Assembly: GCA_964518765.1 (NCBI GenBank)
Contig: CAZFJC010000001.1
Location: forward strand, 11,595-75,594
DNA: 64,000 nucleotides
From: an uncultured bacterium
Lineage (GTDB): Bacteria; Edwardsbacteria; AC1; EtOH8
Direction: 5' to 3'
Positions 27,089 through 35,439 of the stretch are shown piece by piece. The notes below the pieces were generated by a model that was not told the DNA's origin, did not search any database, and saw only the letters and a list, made by a program, of their open reading frames with translations. How positions within the stretch are numbered: position 1 is the first letter of the stretch; every line of letters starts with the position of its first letter. The position numbers and the translations under genes are program-made.

Positions 27089-28798
27089 ATGCGCAAAGTA
27101 GAGGACAAGATCAACCGGGCGCTGGGCAGGGAGCCGGTGGACCTGCTGTTGAAGAACGCCCAACTGGTCAACGTCATCTCGGGTGAGATATACAAAACGA
27201 ACCTGGCGGCGGTCGACGGGCGGATCGTAGGCTTCGGGGAATACGAGAGCCACCGGACGGTGGACTTAGAGGGATCCTACCTGGCCCCCAGCTTCATCGA
27301 CGGCCACATCCACATCGAGAGCTCGATGCTGACGGTGACCGAGTTCGCCCGGGCGGTGGTGCCGCTGGGGACCGGGGCGGTCATCGCCGACCCCCACGAG
27401 TTCGCCAACGTCCTGGGCATGGACGGCATCCGCTACGTGCTGGAGGAGCGCGAGGGACTGCCCCTGGACGTCTTTGTGATGCTGCCCTCGTGCGTGCCGG
27501 CCACCGACCTGGAGACCAGCGGCGCCCGGCTTTCGGCCTACGACCTCCACCTGCTGGTCAGCGAGCCGAGGGTGGTGGGGGTGGGAGAGATGATGAACTA
27601 CCCCGGGGTGCTTTTCGCCGACAAGGACATCCTCAATAAGCTCCACGTGGGCCGGGACAAGCAGATCGACGGCCACGCCCCGGGCCTGACCGGCAAGGCC
27701 CTCAACGCCTATGTTCTGGCCGGTCCGCGCTCCGACCACGAGTGCATCGGTCTGGAGGAGGCCAGGGAGAAGCTGAGGCTGGGGATGCACATCCACCTGC
27801 GCCAGGGATCGTCGGAGAAGAACATGGCCGCCCTGCTGCCGCTGATCAACCCGCAGAACTCCCGCAACTTCAGCTTCGTCACCGATGACCGGCACCCGGC
27901 CTCGCTCATCAGCGAGGGGCACATCGACAACAACGTCCGGATCGCCATCGCCGCCGGGGTGGACCCGGTGACCGCCATCCAGATCGCCACCATCAACACC
28001 GCCCGCTTCTACCGCCTTAAGAACGTGGGGGCCCTGCTGCCGCGCTACTGGGCGGATATGGTGGTCTTCGACGACCTGCACGACGTCAGGCCGCGGATGG
28101 TCTTCAAAAAGGGCGAGCTGGTGGCCCAGGACGGCAAGGCCCTGTTTCAGGCGCAGGACATCGACCATACCTACATCCGGGGCACCATGAACGTCCAGTG
28201 GCTTTATGAGTCCACCTTCGCCGTGCCGGCCAAAGGCGAGCGGATAAGGATCATGCAGATGGTTCCCGGCCAGATCGTCACCCGGCATATCAGCGATCAG
28301 GCCAAGGTGGTGGACGGCCTGGCTGTGTCCGACACCGAGCGGGATATCATCAAGTTTGCCGTCATCGAGCGGCATCGGGCGGCCAAGAACGTGGGGCTGG
28401 GTTTCGTCCGCGGCTTTGGCATCAAGCGAGGGGCACTCGCCTCCTCGGTGGCTCACGATAGCCACAACCTGGGGGTGCTGGGGGCCAACGACGCCGACAT
28501 GCTTAAGGCCGCCATCAGGGTGATCGAGATGGGCGGGGGGCAGGCGGTGGTGGCCGACGGCCAGGTGCTGGCCGAGCTGGCCCTGCCGGTGGCCGGCCTG
28601 GTGAGCGACCAGAACCTGGAACACGTATCGCAAAGGGTGAGGGAGCTGAACCAAGCGGCCAAAGACGTGGGCTGCATACTGCCGGACCCGTTCGCGGCCT
28701 TAAGCTTTCTACCTTTGGTGCCCATTCCCGAGCTCAGGCTGACCGATAAAGGTTTGGTTGATGCCAAGGAATTTAAGCTTATTGACTTATTTTATTAA
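27089..28798 (+). CDS. ade: Adenine deaminase.
   Basis: SFIDGHIHIESSML ... amidohydrolase metal-binding motifs; length about 570 aa. Confidence 0.8.
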   Translation: MRKVEDKINRALGREPVDLLLKNAQLVNVISGEIYKTNLAAVDGRIVGFGEYESHRTVDLEGSYLAPSFIDGHIHIESSMLTVTEFARAVVPLGTGAVIADPHEFANVLGMDGIRYVLEEREGLPLDVFVMLPSCVPATDLETSGARLSAYDLHLLVSEPRVVGVGEMMNYPGVLFADKDILNKLHVGRDKQIDGHAPGLTGKALNAYVLAGPRSDHECIGLEEAREKLRLGMHIHLRQGSSEKNMAALLPLINPQNSRNFSFVTDDRHPASLISEGHIDNNVRIAIAAGVDPVTAIQIATINTARFYRLKNVGALLPRYWADMVVFDDLHDVRPRMVFKKGELVAQDGKALFQAQDIDHTYIRGTMNVQWLYESTFAVPAKGERIRIMQMVPGQIVTRHISDQAKVVDGLAVSDTERDIIKFAVIERHRAAKNVGLGFVRGFGIKRGALASSVAHDSHNLGVLGANDADMLKAAIRVIEMGGGQAVVADGQVLAELALPVAGLVSDQNLEHVSQRVRELNQAAKDVGCILPDPFAALSFLPLVPIPELRLTDKGLVDAKEFKLIDLFY

Positions 28799-28861
28799 TT
28801 TCTTAATTATCAAAGTATTATAATATATCATAAAACCATTGCTTTAAATAAATTATAGCTA

Positions 28862-30385
28862 ATGAAAAGCATTAAAATAAGCTTTTACCTTAATGATCAT
28901 GCCGTAACCTATCAGATCGAGCCCGGACAGACGGCCCTGGACCTGATCAGGAACGGTTTGGGTCTCACCGGGACCAAGGAGGGGTGTTCCGAAGGCGATT
29001 GCGGAGCCTGCACCGTGGCCCTGGGAACCATGGAGAATGGGCGGCTGGCCTACCGGGCGGTTGCCTCCTGCATTCTGCCGGCAGCCAAGCTGCATGGCCG
29101 ACATGTCATAACCATCGAGGGATTGGCCCGAGGTGATAAACTGCACCCCATCCAGCAGGCGGTGCTGGAGGAGCACGCCACCCAGTGCGGGTTCTGCACG
29201 CCGGGGATCGTCATGTCTCTCTTCTGCCTCTTCGCCGGGAATACCAGACCAACGGTCGAGGAGCTGAACGCCTCGCTGGAGGGAAACCTCTGCCGGTGCA
29301 CTGGGTACGACTCCATCAGGAAGGCGGCGCTGCGAGTCTCCGATAATTTGGCAAATAAGCTTCTCTCATGCAGCAGGGATATACTGCCTACCTATATAAA
29401 AATGGTAGAAAGGGGGTTAAAGAAAGCAGGCGAGTGCCAAGCGAATGGGTCGGAGACGGCCGATAGGGCAGGGATTTCGGAGTACCATCAGCCTGAGACG
29501 CTACCCCAGCTGTTCGCCGTATTGAGGAAATTCAGGTCCTGCAATCAGTACCGGCTAATCTCCGGCGGCACCGATGTCATGGTAGATCGAAACATAAAGA
29601 AGATCTATCCGGAGCACTTGGTCGACATCTCCGGCATTCAGTCTCTAAGAGGCATTAAGGTGGCCGGCAAGGCCATGTCCATCGGCGCCAACGTCACCCT
29701 TTCGAAGCTGGTTGAGAGCCCGGTGGTCAGGCGTCGGCTTCCGGTCCTGGCCCAAACAGTCGCGCAGATGGCCTCGGCCCAGATACGCAATACCGCCACC
29801 CTGGCCGGCAATCTGGCCAACGCCTCGCCCATCGCCGACGGCAGCGTCCTGATGCTGGCCCTGGGGGCCAGGCTGAAACTGGTATCGCCCAGGGGCTCCC
29901 GGACCGTGTCCATCGACGATTTCTATAAATCCTACCGCCATACCTGCCTGGGGGAGCGCGAGATTATTGCTAGGATCGAGGTGCCCATGGACGGCTCATT
30001 GTGCAGCTTCATCAAGAGCGCCAAGCGCAGGTCGGTGGACATCTCCACGGTAAACTCGGCCGTCAAGCTGAAATTATCAAAGGGTCGGATAACTGAAACC
30101 CGCATCGCCCTGGGCGGCGTTGCCCCGACGCCGGTGTTGGCTCTGAAGGCCGCGGCCAGCCTGGCCGGCAAGGGGTTGACAGAGGAAACGATCGTCAGGA
30201 CCGCCGACATGGCCGCCTCCGAATGCACGCCCATCAGCGACGTCCGCGGCGGGGCGGATTACAGAAAGATGCTGGTGAGGAACCACGTGCTCAGGCATCT
30301 GAGAAGCATAGCGTTGAACCTAACCCCAAATCCCGCTGCCTCGAGGGAAGGGGAAGCCAGGGTTAGATCGGGGGAAAACAGATGA
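28862..30385 (+). CDS. Molybdenum hydroxylase small/medium subunit fusion: [2Fe-2S] ferredoxin domain plus FAD-binding (CoxM/XdhA-like) domain.
   Basis: CSEGDCGACTV ... QCGFCTPG ... CRCTGY iron-sulfur motifs, then GGTD FAD-binding and a CO-dehydrogenase-flavoprotein-like C-terminus. Confidence 0.8.
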   Translation: MKSIKISFYLNDHAVTYQIEPGQTALDLIRNGLGLTGTKEGCSEGDCGACTVALGTMENGRLAYRAVASCILPAAKLHGRHVITIEGLARGDKLHPIQQAVLEEHATQCGFCTPGIVMSLFCLFAGNTRPTVEELNASLEGNLCRCTGYDSIRKAALRVSDNLANKLLSCSRDILPTYIKMVERGLKKAGECQANGSETADRAGISEYHQPETLPQLFAVLRKFRSCNQYRLISGGTDVMVDRNIKKIYPEHLVDISGIQSLRGIKVAGKAMSIGANVTLSKLVESPVVRRRLPVLAQTVAQMASAQIRNTATLAGNLANASPIADGSVLMLALGARLKLVSPRGSRTVSIDDFYKSYRHTCLGEREIIARIEVPMDGSLCSFIKSAKRRSVDISTVNSAVKLKLSKGRITETRIALGGVAPTPVLALKAAASLAGKGLTEETIVRTADMAASECTPISDVRGGADYRKMLVRNHVLRHLRSIALNLTPNPAASREGEARVRSGENR

Positions 30386-32676
30386 AGCCGGAACCCTTCC
30401 ATATCGCCGGGCCCCTGCACGTCACCGGCCGGTCCCGCTTCGTGACGGACGAGCCCAGGCCCGAGGGGATGTGTTTCCTAAAAATATTTTCCAGCCCCCA
30501 TGCCCGGGCCAGGATACTGAGACTGGACACCTCGGAGGCCGAAAGGGCACCGGGCATCCTCGGCGTATTCACCCACCGGGACATCCCCGGCCATAACCAG
30601 ATAGGCCACGCCGCGCTCGATGAGCCGCTGTTCCCGGTCGAGGAGACGGCCTTCTTCGGGCAGCCGATGGCTATCGTCGCCGGCGAAACCGAGGAGGCGG
30701 CCGAGCGGGGGATAAATCTCATCAAGGCCGAGTTTCAGGAGCTGAAGCCGGTGCTGTCAGTCGAAAAGGCCTTAGCTAGAGGGCTTCTTTATGCGCCGGA
30801 GCGCCGCATTGAGGCCGGCGATGTGGAGAGGGGGTTTGCCGAGTCCGAGCACATTCTCGAGGGCAGAATGGAGACCGGGGCCCAGGAGCACGTCTACCTG
30901 GAGACCCAGGCCTGCCGGGCCGTCCCGGGCGAGGATGGCGAGGTCATCCTATACAGCGCCACCCAAAGTACGGCCGAGGTTCAGGAAGTGGCGGCCCGGA
31001 TTCTGGGGGTGGATCGGAAGGACGTGACGGTGGACGTGCGCCGGCTGGGAGGTGCCTTCGGAGGCAAGGAGCGGGCGGCTACCATCTGGGCTTGCCTGGC
31101 GGCGCTGGCCTGCTACAAGCTGAGGAGGCCGGTGGAGCTGTCGCTGTCGCGCCTGGAGGATATGTCTTGGACAGGCAAAAGGCACCCGTACGTCATCAAA
31201 TACCGGGCCGGTTTCGGCGGCGACGGTAGGATCAAAGCGCTTTCGATGGAACTGAACTCCAACGGCGGAGCCTACACCGACCTATCCATGGCCATTCTGG
31301 AGCGCTCCATGCTCCATGCCGACAACGCCTATTTCATCCCCAACGCCAGGATAATAGGCCGGGCCTGCCGGACCAACCTGCCCCCCAACACCGCCTTTCG
31401 GGGCTTTGGGGCGCCCCAGGGGATATTCGCCATCGAATACGTGATGGAAGGGATCGCCCGAAAGCTCGGTCTGGACCCGCTGGAGGTCCGCAAACGCAAC
31501 TCCTATGCCGAGGGGCAGCCTACGCCCTACGGCCAGCCGGTCCATGAAGCGGCGGTAACCGAGATGCTCGAGAGGTTGGAAAAGAAATCGAGGTATCAGG
31601 ACCTTCGGAAAAGCGTGGAGGAATTCAACCTGAACAACTCGGAGCTAAGGCGCGGCATCGGAGTGGTGCCGGTCAAGTTCGGCATCTCGTTCACCTCGGC
31701 CTTCCTTAACCAGGGCTCGGCCCTGGTCCTGGTCTACGGCGACGGAACAGTTTCGCTGTCCCACGGCGGCATCGAGATGGGCCAGGAGGTGAACACCAAG
31801 GTTGCCCAAGTGGTGTCCCGAGAGCTGGGGGTGGGGCTGGAAAGCATCAGGGTGGAGACTTCGAACACCAAGCGCACCGCCAACGCCTCACCTACCGCCG
31901 CCTCGACCGGGGCCGATATCAACGGCCACGCCGCTAGAGATGCGGCCAGTCAGATCAGGGAGCGGCTGGCGCCGGTGGCGGCCGAGATGCTGTCGAAAAA
32001 ATGGGGAACGAGTTTCCCTGCCAACGGGATAGTGTTCGAGGATGACAGAGTGTTCTCCAGGGATAACCCCGAGAAATCGATATCCTTCGGCGAGCTGGCC
32101 CACCAGGCTTACATGGACAGGATCGACCTCTGCGCCCACGGATTCTACGCCACCCCCGGGGTGTATTTCGACCGGGAGAGGGGGAAGGGGAATCCCTTTT
32201 ACTACTTCGTGTTCGGCAGTTGTCTGGTCGTGGCCGAGGTGGACGTGATGACTGGCGCCAGCCGTTTGGTCGAAGTCCACATAGTACACGAAACGGCCAA
32301 GAGCCTGAACCGGGCCATCGATCGGGGACAGATAGAGGGGGCCTTCATCCAGGGCTACGGCTGGTGCACCATGGAGGAGATCAGGTGGGACGACAAGGGG
32401 CGCTACCTAGCGGTGACGCCGTCCACCTACAAGATACCAACCATCCGCGACCTACCGGAGGTCTTCGATATCGAGATGGTGGAAACTAAAAGGAAGCACG
32501 CCAGCGTTTTTGGTTCCAAAGCCATTGGAGAGCCACCGCTCATCTACGGCGAGGCCGCCTGGTTCGCCGTCAAGGAAGCCATCGAGTCGCTTTCGGGGCA
32601 TAGGAAGGTGGCCGACCTGGCGCACCCAGCTACGCCCGAGGCGGTGCTGGCAGCTATCTGGAGAATGCGCTCTTGA
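30382..32676 (+). CDS. Xanthine dehydrogenase/aldehyde oxidase family molybdopterin-binding large subunit.
   Basis: The roughly 760-aa MoCo-binding subunit pattern: GGAFGGK, E-x-x-W catalytic-region motifs, and GEPPLIYGEAA near the C-terminus. Confidence 0.85.
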   Translation: MKPEPFHIAGPLHVTGRSRFVTDEPRPEGMCFLKIFSSPHARARILRLDTSEAERAPGILGVFTHRDIPGHNQIGHAALDEPLFPVEETAFFGQPMAIVAGETEEAAERGINLIKAEFQELKPVLSVEKALARGLLYAPERRIEAGDVERGFAESEHILEGRMETGAQEHVYLETQACRAVPGEDGEVILYSATQSTAEVQEVAARILGVDRKDVTVDVRRLGGAFGGKERAATIWACLAALACYKLRRPVELSLSRLEDMSWTGKRHPYVIKYRAGFGGDGRIKALSMELNSNGGAYTDLSMAILERSMLHADNAYFIPNARIIGRACRTNLPPNTAFRGFGAPQGIFAIEYVMEGIARKLGLDPLEVRKRNSYAEGQPTPYGQPVHEAAVTEMLERLEKKSRYQDLRKSVEEFNLNNSELRRGIGVVPVKFGISFTSAFLNQGSALVLVYGDGTVSLSHGGIEMGQEVNTKVAQVVSRELGVGLESIRVETSNTKRTANASPTAASTGADINGHAARDAASQIRERLAPVAAEMLSKKWGTSFPANGIVFEDDRVFSRDNPEKSISFGELAHQAYMDRIDLCAHGFYATPGVYFDRERGKGNPFYYFVFGSCLVVAEVDVMTGASRLVEVHIVHETAKSLNRAIDRGQIEGAFIQGYGWCTMEEIRWDDKGRYLAVTPSTYKIPTIRDLPEVFDIEMVETKRKHASVFGSKAIGEPPLIYGEAAWFAVKEAIESLSGHRKVADLAHPATPEAVLAAIWRMRS

Positions 32677-32696
32677 AGCAAATCTCCTGACGAAGA

Positions 32697-32722
32697 AGGG
32701 CCCGTTCGCGGGCCTTTTCCGT
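32697..32722 (+). terminator. Rho-independent terminator (GGGCCCG-ttcg-CGGGCC + TTTTCCGTTTT).
   Basis: GC stem with a tetraloop and T-tract, 20 nt after the stop of the molybdopterin subunit. Confidence 0.5.
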
Positions 32723-32813
32723 TTTACCCTTGATATTGATTTGGTGTTGTGATAAAATAAAAAACTATTAAATTACTGATTCAATTAAACTTACCGCAAC
32801 GGAAAGCCGCCGA

Positions 32814-35429
32814 ATGAACCAGTACGACTTTAAAACCATAGAGAAAAAGTGGCAGGCGACCTGGGACCGGGAGAAGACCTTCCGAGTGACGGAGGACACC
32901 TCTGTCCCCAGGGAGAAGCGGGCCTACTGCCTGGAGATGTTCCCCTACCCCTCGGGCAAGGGCCTGCACGTGGGGCACCTCAAGAACTACATCCCCGTCG
33001 ACGCCTACTGCCGCTTCCGCAGCATGCAGGGCTTCGCCGTCCTGCACCCCATGGGGTGGGACGCCTTTGGACAGCCGGCGGAGAACGAGGCCCTGGACAA
33101 GGGGCGCAATCCGCGGGAGATGGTGCCAGAGTATGCCGCCAGCTACAAGCGAACACTTAAGCTGGCCGGCTGCAGTTACGACTGGGATCGGGAGATAAAC
33201 TCCAGTCTGCCGGACTATTATAAATGGACCCAGTGGTTCTTCCTTCTCCTGTACAAAAAGGGCCTGGCCTATCGGGCGACCTCGCCTATCAACTGGTGCC
33301 CCTCTTGCAAGACCGGTCTGGCCAACGAGGAAGTCAAGGAGGGACGCTGCTGGCGTTGCGGCACCCTGGTAGAGAAGAAGCCCATGCCGCAGTGGTTCTT
33401 TAGGATCACGGCCTACGCCGACCGCCTGCTGGCCGACCTGGACAAGCTGGACTGGTCTGAGGGTATGAAGGAGATGCAGCGGGACTGGATAGGAAGAAGC
33501 GAAGGAGCAACGGTAAAATTCAAAATTCATAATTCAAATTCCCAAATAGAAGTATATACGACCAGGCCGGACACGCTCTTCGGGGCCACCTTCATGGTGT
33601 TGGCGCCCGAGCACCCATTGGTCGGGGAGATCACTTCCCCGGAGAGACGGGCGGAAGTCGAGGCCTACGTCAAAAAGGTCCAGGGCGAGAACGAGATAGA
33701 ACGCATGGCCGCCGACCGTAACAAGACGGGCGTGTTCACCGGGGCCCAAGCCGTCAATCCGGTCAACGGCCAGAGGATCCCGGTGTGGATAGCTGACTAT
33801 GTCCTCATGGGCTACGGGACCGGGGCCATCATGTCAGTGCCGGGCCATGACCAGCGGGATTTCGAGTTTGCCCAGAAGTATGGGCTGCCCATTATCCAGG
33901 TTGTAAGCAGGGATGGGACCAAATACGAGCTTTCTAGGGCCGAGCCGGACGAGGGTATAGCCGTCAACTCCGGCCAGTACGACGGCCTGACGACCTCTGA
34001 GTTCAAGAAGGCGGTCACCGAATGGCTGGAGGAGAAGGGGCTGGGAAAGCATGCGGTCAACTACCGGCTACGCGACTGGCTGATATCTCGCCAGCGGTAC
34101 TGGGGGGCTCCCATACCCGTGATCCATTGCGAAAAATGCGGGGAGGTCCCGGTTCCGGAAAAAGACCTGCCGGTGCTGCTGCCCGAAGTCAAGAACTACA
34201 GGCCCACCGGCACCGGCGAGTCGCCTCTGGCCGCCATACCGGAATTCGTCAGGGCCCCTTGCCCCAAGTGCGGCGGCCAGGCCCGGAGGGAGACAGACAC
34301 CATGGGCGGCTACGCCTGCTCCTCTTGGTATTTCTTCCGCTTTACCGACCCTCGAAACGAAAAGGAGTTTGCCTCAAGGAAGGCCATCGATTACTGGATG
34401 CCGGTGGACCTCTATGCTGGGGGCATCGAGCACGCCCGATCGCATTTGCTCTACGCCCGCTTCTGGACTAAGGTGCTCTACGACGAGGGGCTGGTGGGCT
34501 TCGAGGAGCCTTTTTTAAGGCTCAAGAACCAGGGATCGCTGCTGGCCTACACCCCTGGCCGCAGGCCGAAGTCCGAGGGCGATGGGACGGCCGACGAGGA
34601 CCGGATCGTGGACTGGATTGTGCTCAGGCCCGAGGAGCGGGAGGCCTATCCCAAGGACCAGGTGATCTGGCGCTGGGCCAGGATGTCCAAGTCCAAGGGC
34701 AACGTGGTGACGCCTGACGAGATCGCCGAGCGCTACGGGGCCGACTCCCTGCGCGTCTATGAGATGTTCGTGGCCCCTTACGAGGACGACGTTCAGTGGA
34801 CCGAGGAGGGCATCCACGGGTCGTTCCGCTTTGTGGTCCGGGTGTGGCGCTGGCTGCAGGCGGCCCTGCCGTTGTATAAGAATGACTGGAGGGCCGGTCT
34901 GCCCCAGAAGCCGACGGCAGACGAAAAGGCGGTTAGGCGCAAGCTGCACCAGACCATCCGCAAGGTGGGTTCGGACATCGCCGGCTTCCAGTTCAACACC
35001 GCCGTGGCCGCCCTGATGGAGCTGCTTAACTCGATATATGATTACGCCCCCATCAAAAACGAGGCTTTGGGCCAGGGGCTTAACCCGAACGTTGTCTCCG
35101 AGATCGCCCAGTCGCTAGTGTTGATGATGGCGCCGCTTACCCCCCATCTGGGCGAGGAGGTCTGGAGCCAGATGGGGAACAAGAGAACGGTTTACAGGGC
35201 GCCCTGGCCGGAATGCGACGAGAGGGCTGCGGCCGAAGACGAGATCACCATCGCCGTTCAGGTCAACGGCAAGCTGAGGGACACCATCTGCATGCCGGCC
35301 GGCTCTGGGGAGGAGGCCATCAAAAAAGCGGCCCTGGACAGATCCAAGGCGGCCGAACACATCAGGGGTAAGCAGGTCGTCAAAGTAGTAGTGGTGCCCG
35401 GCAAGCTGGTAAACATAGTGGTTAAGTAG
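32814..35429 (+). CDS. leuS: Leucyl-tRNA synthetase.
   Basis: HVGH (HIGH) motif and KMSKSKGN (KMSKS) motif; 871 aa. Confidence 0.95.
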   Translation: MNQYDFKTIEKKWQATWDREKTFRVTEDTSVPREKRAYCLEMFPYPSGKGLHVGHLKNYIPVDAYCRFRSMQGFAVLHPMGWDAFGQPAENEALDKGRNPREMVPEYAASYKRTLKLAGCSYDWDREINSSLPDYYKWTQWFFLLLYKKGLAYRATSPINWCPSCKTGLANEEVKEGRCWRCGTLVEKKPMPQWFFRITAYADRLLADLDKLDWSEGMKEMQRDWIGRSEGATVKFKIHNSNSQIEVYTTRPDTLFGATFMVLAPEHPLVGEITSPERRAEVEAYVKKVQGENEIERMAADRNKTGVFTGAQAVNPVNGQRIPVWIADYVLMGYGTGAIMSVPGHDQRDFEFAQKYGLPIIQVVSRDGTKYELSRAEPDEGIAVNSGQYDGLTTSEFKKAVTEWLEEKGLGKHAVNYRLRDWLISRQRYWGAPIPVIHCEKCGEVPVPEKDLPVLLPEVKNYRPTGTGESPLAAIPEFVRAPCPKCGGQARRETDTMGGYACSSWYFFRFTDPRNEKEFASRKAIDYWMPVDLYAGGIEHARSHLLYARFWTKVLYDEGLVGFEEPFLRLKNQGSLLAYTPGRRPKSEGDGTADEDRIVDWIVLRPEEREAYPKDQVIWRWARMSKSKGNVVTPDEIAERYGADSLRVYEMFVAPYEDDVQWTEEGIHGSFRFVVRVWRWLQAALPLYKNDWRAGLPQKPTADEKAVRRKLHQTIRKVGSDIAGFQFNTAVAALMELLNSIYDYAPIKNEALGQGLNPNVVSEIAQSLVLMMAPLTPHLGEEVWSQMGNKRTVYRAPWPECDERAAAEDEITIAVQVNGKLRDTICMPAGSGEEAIKKAALDRSKAAEHIRGKQVVKVVVVPGKLVNIVVK

Positions 35430-35439
35430 ATAAACCCAG

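Noticed and set aside
32677-32813. T-box leader upstream of leuS
   Set aside because: No T-box consensus (AATTAGGGTGGNACCGCG-like) or specifier-loop architecture is present; the region is short and AT-rich.
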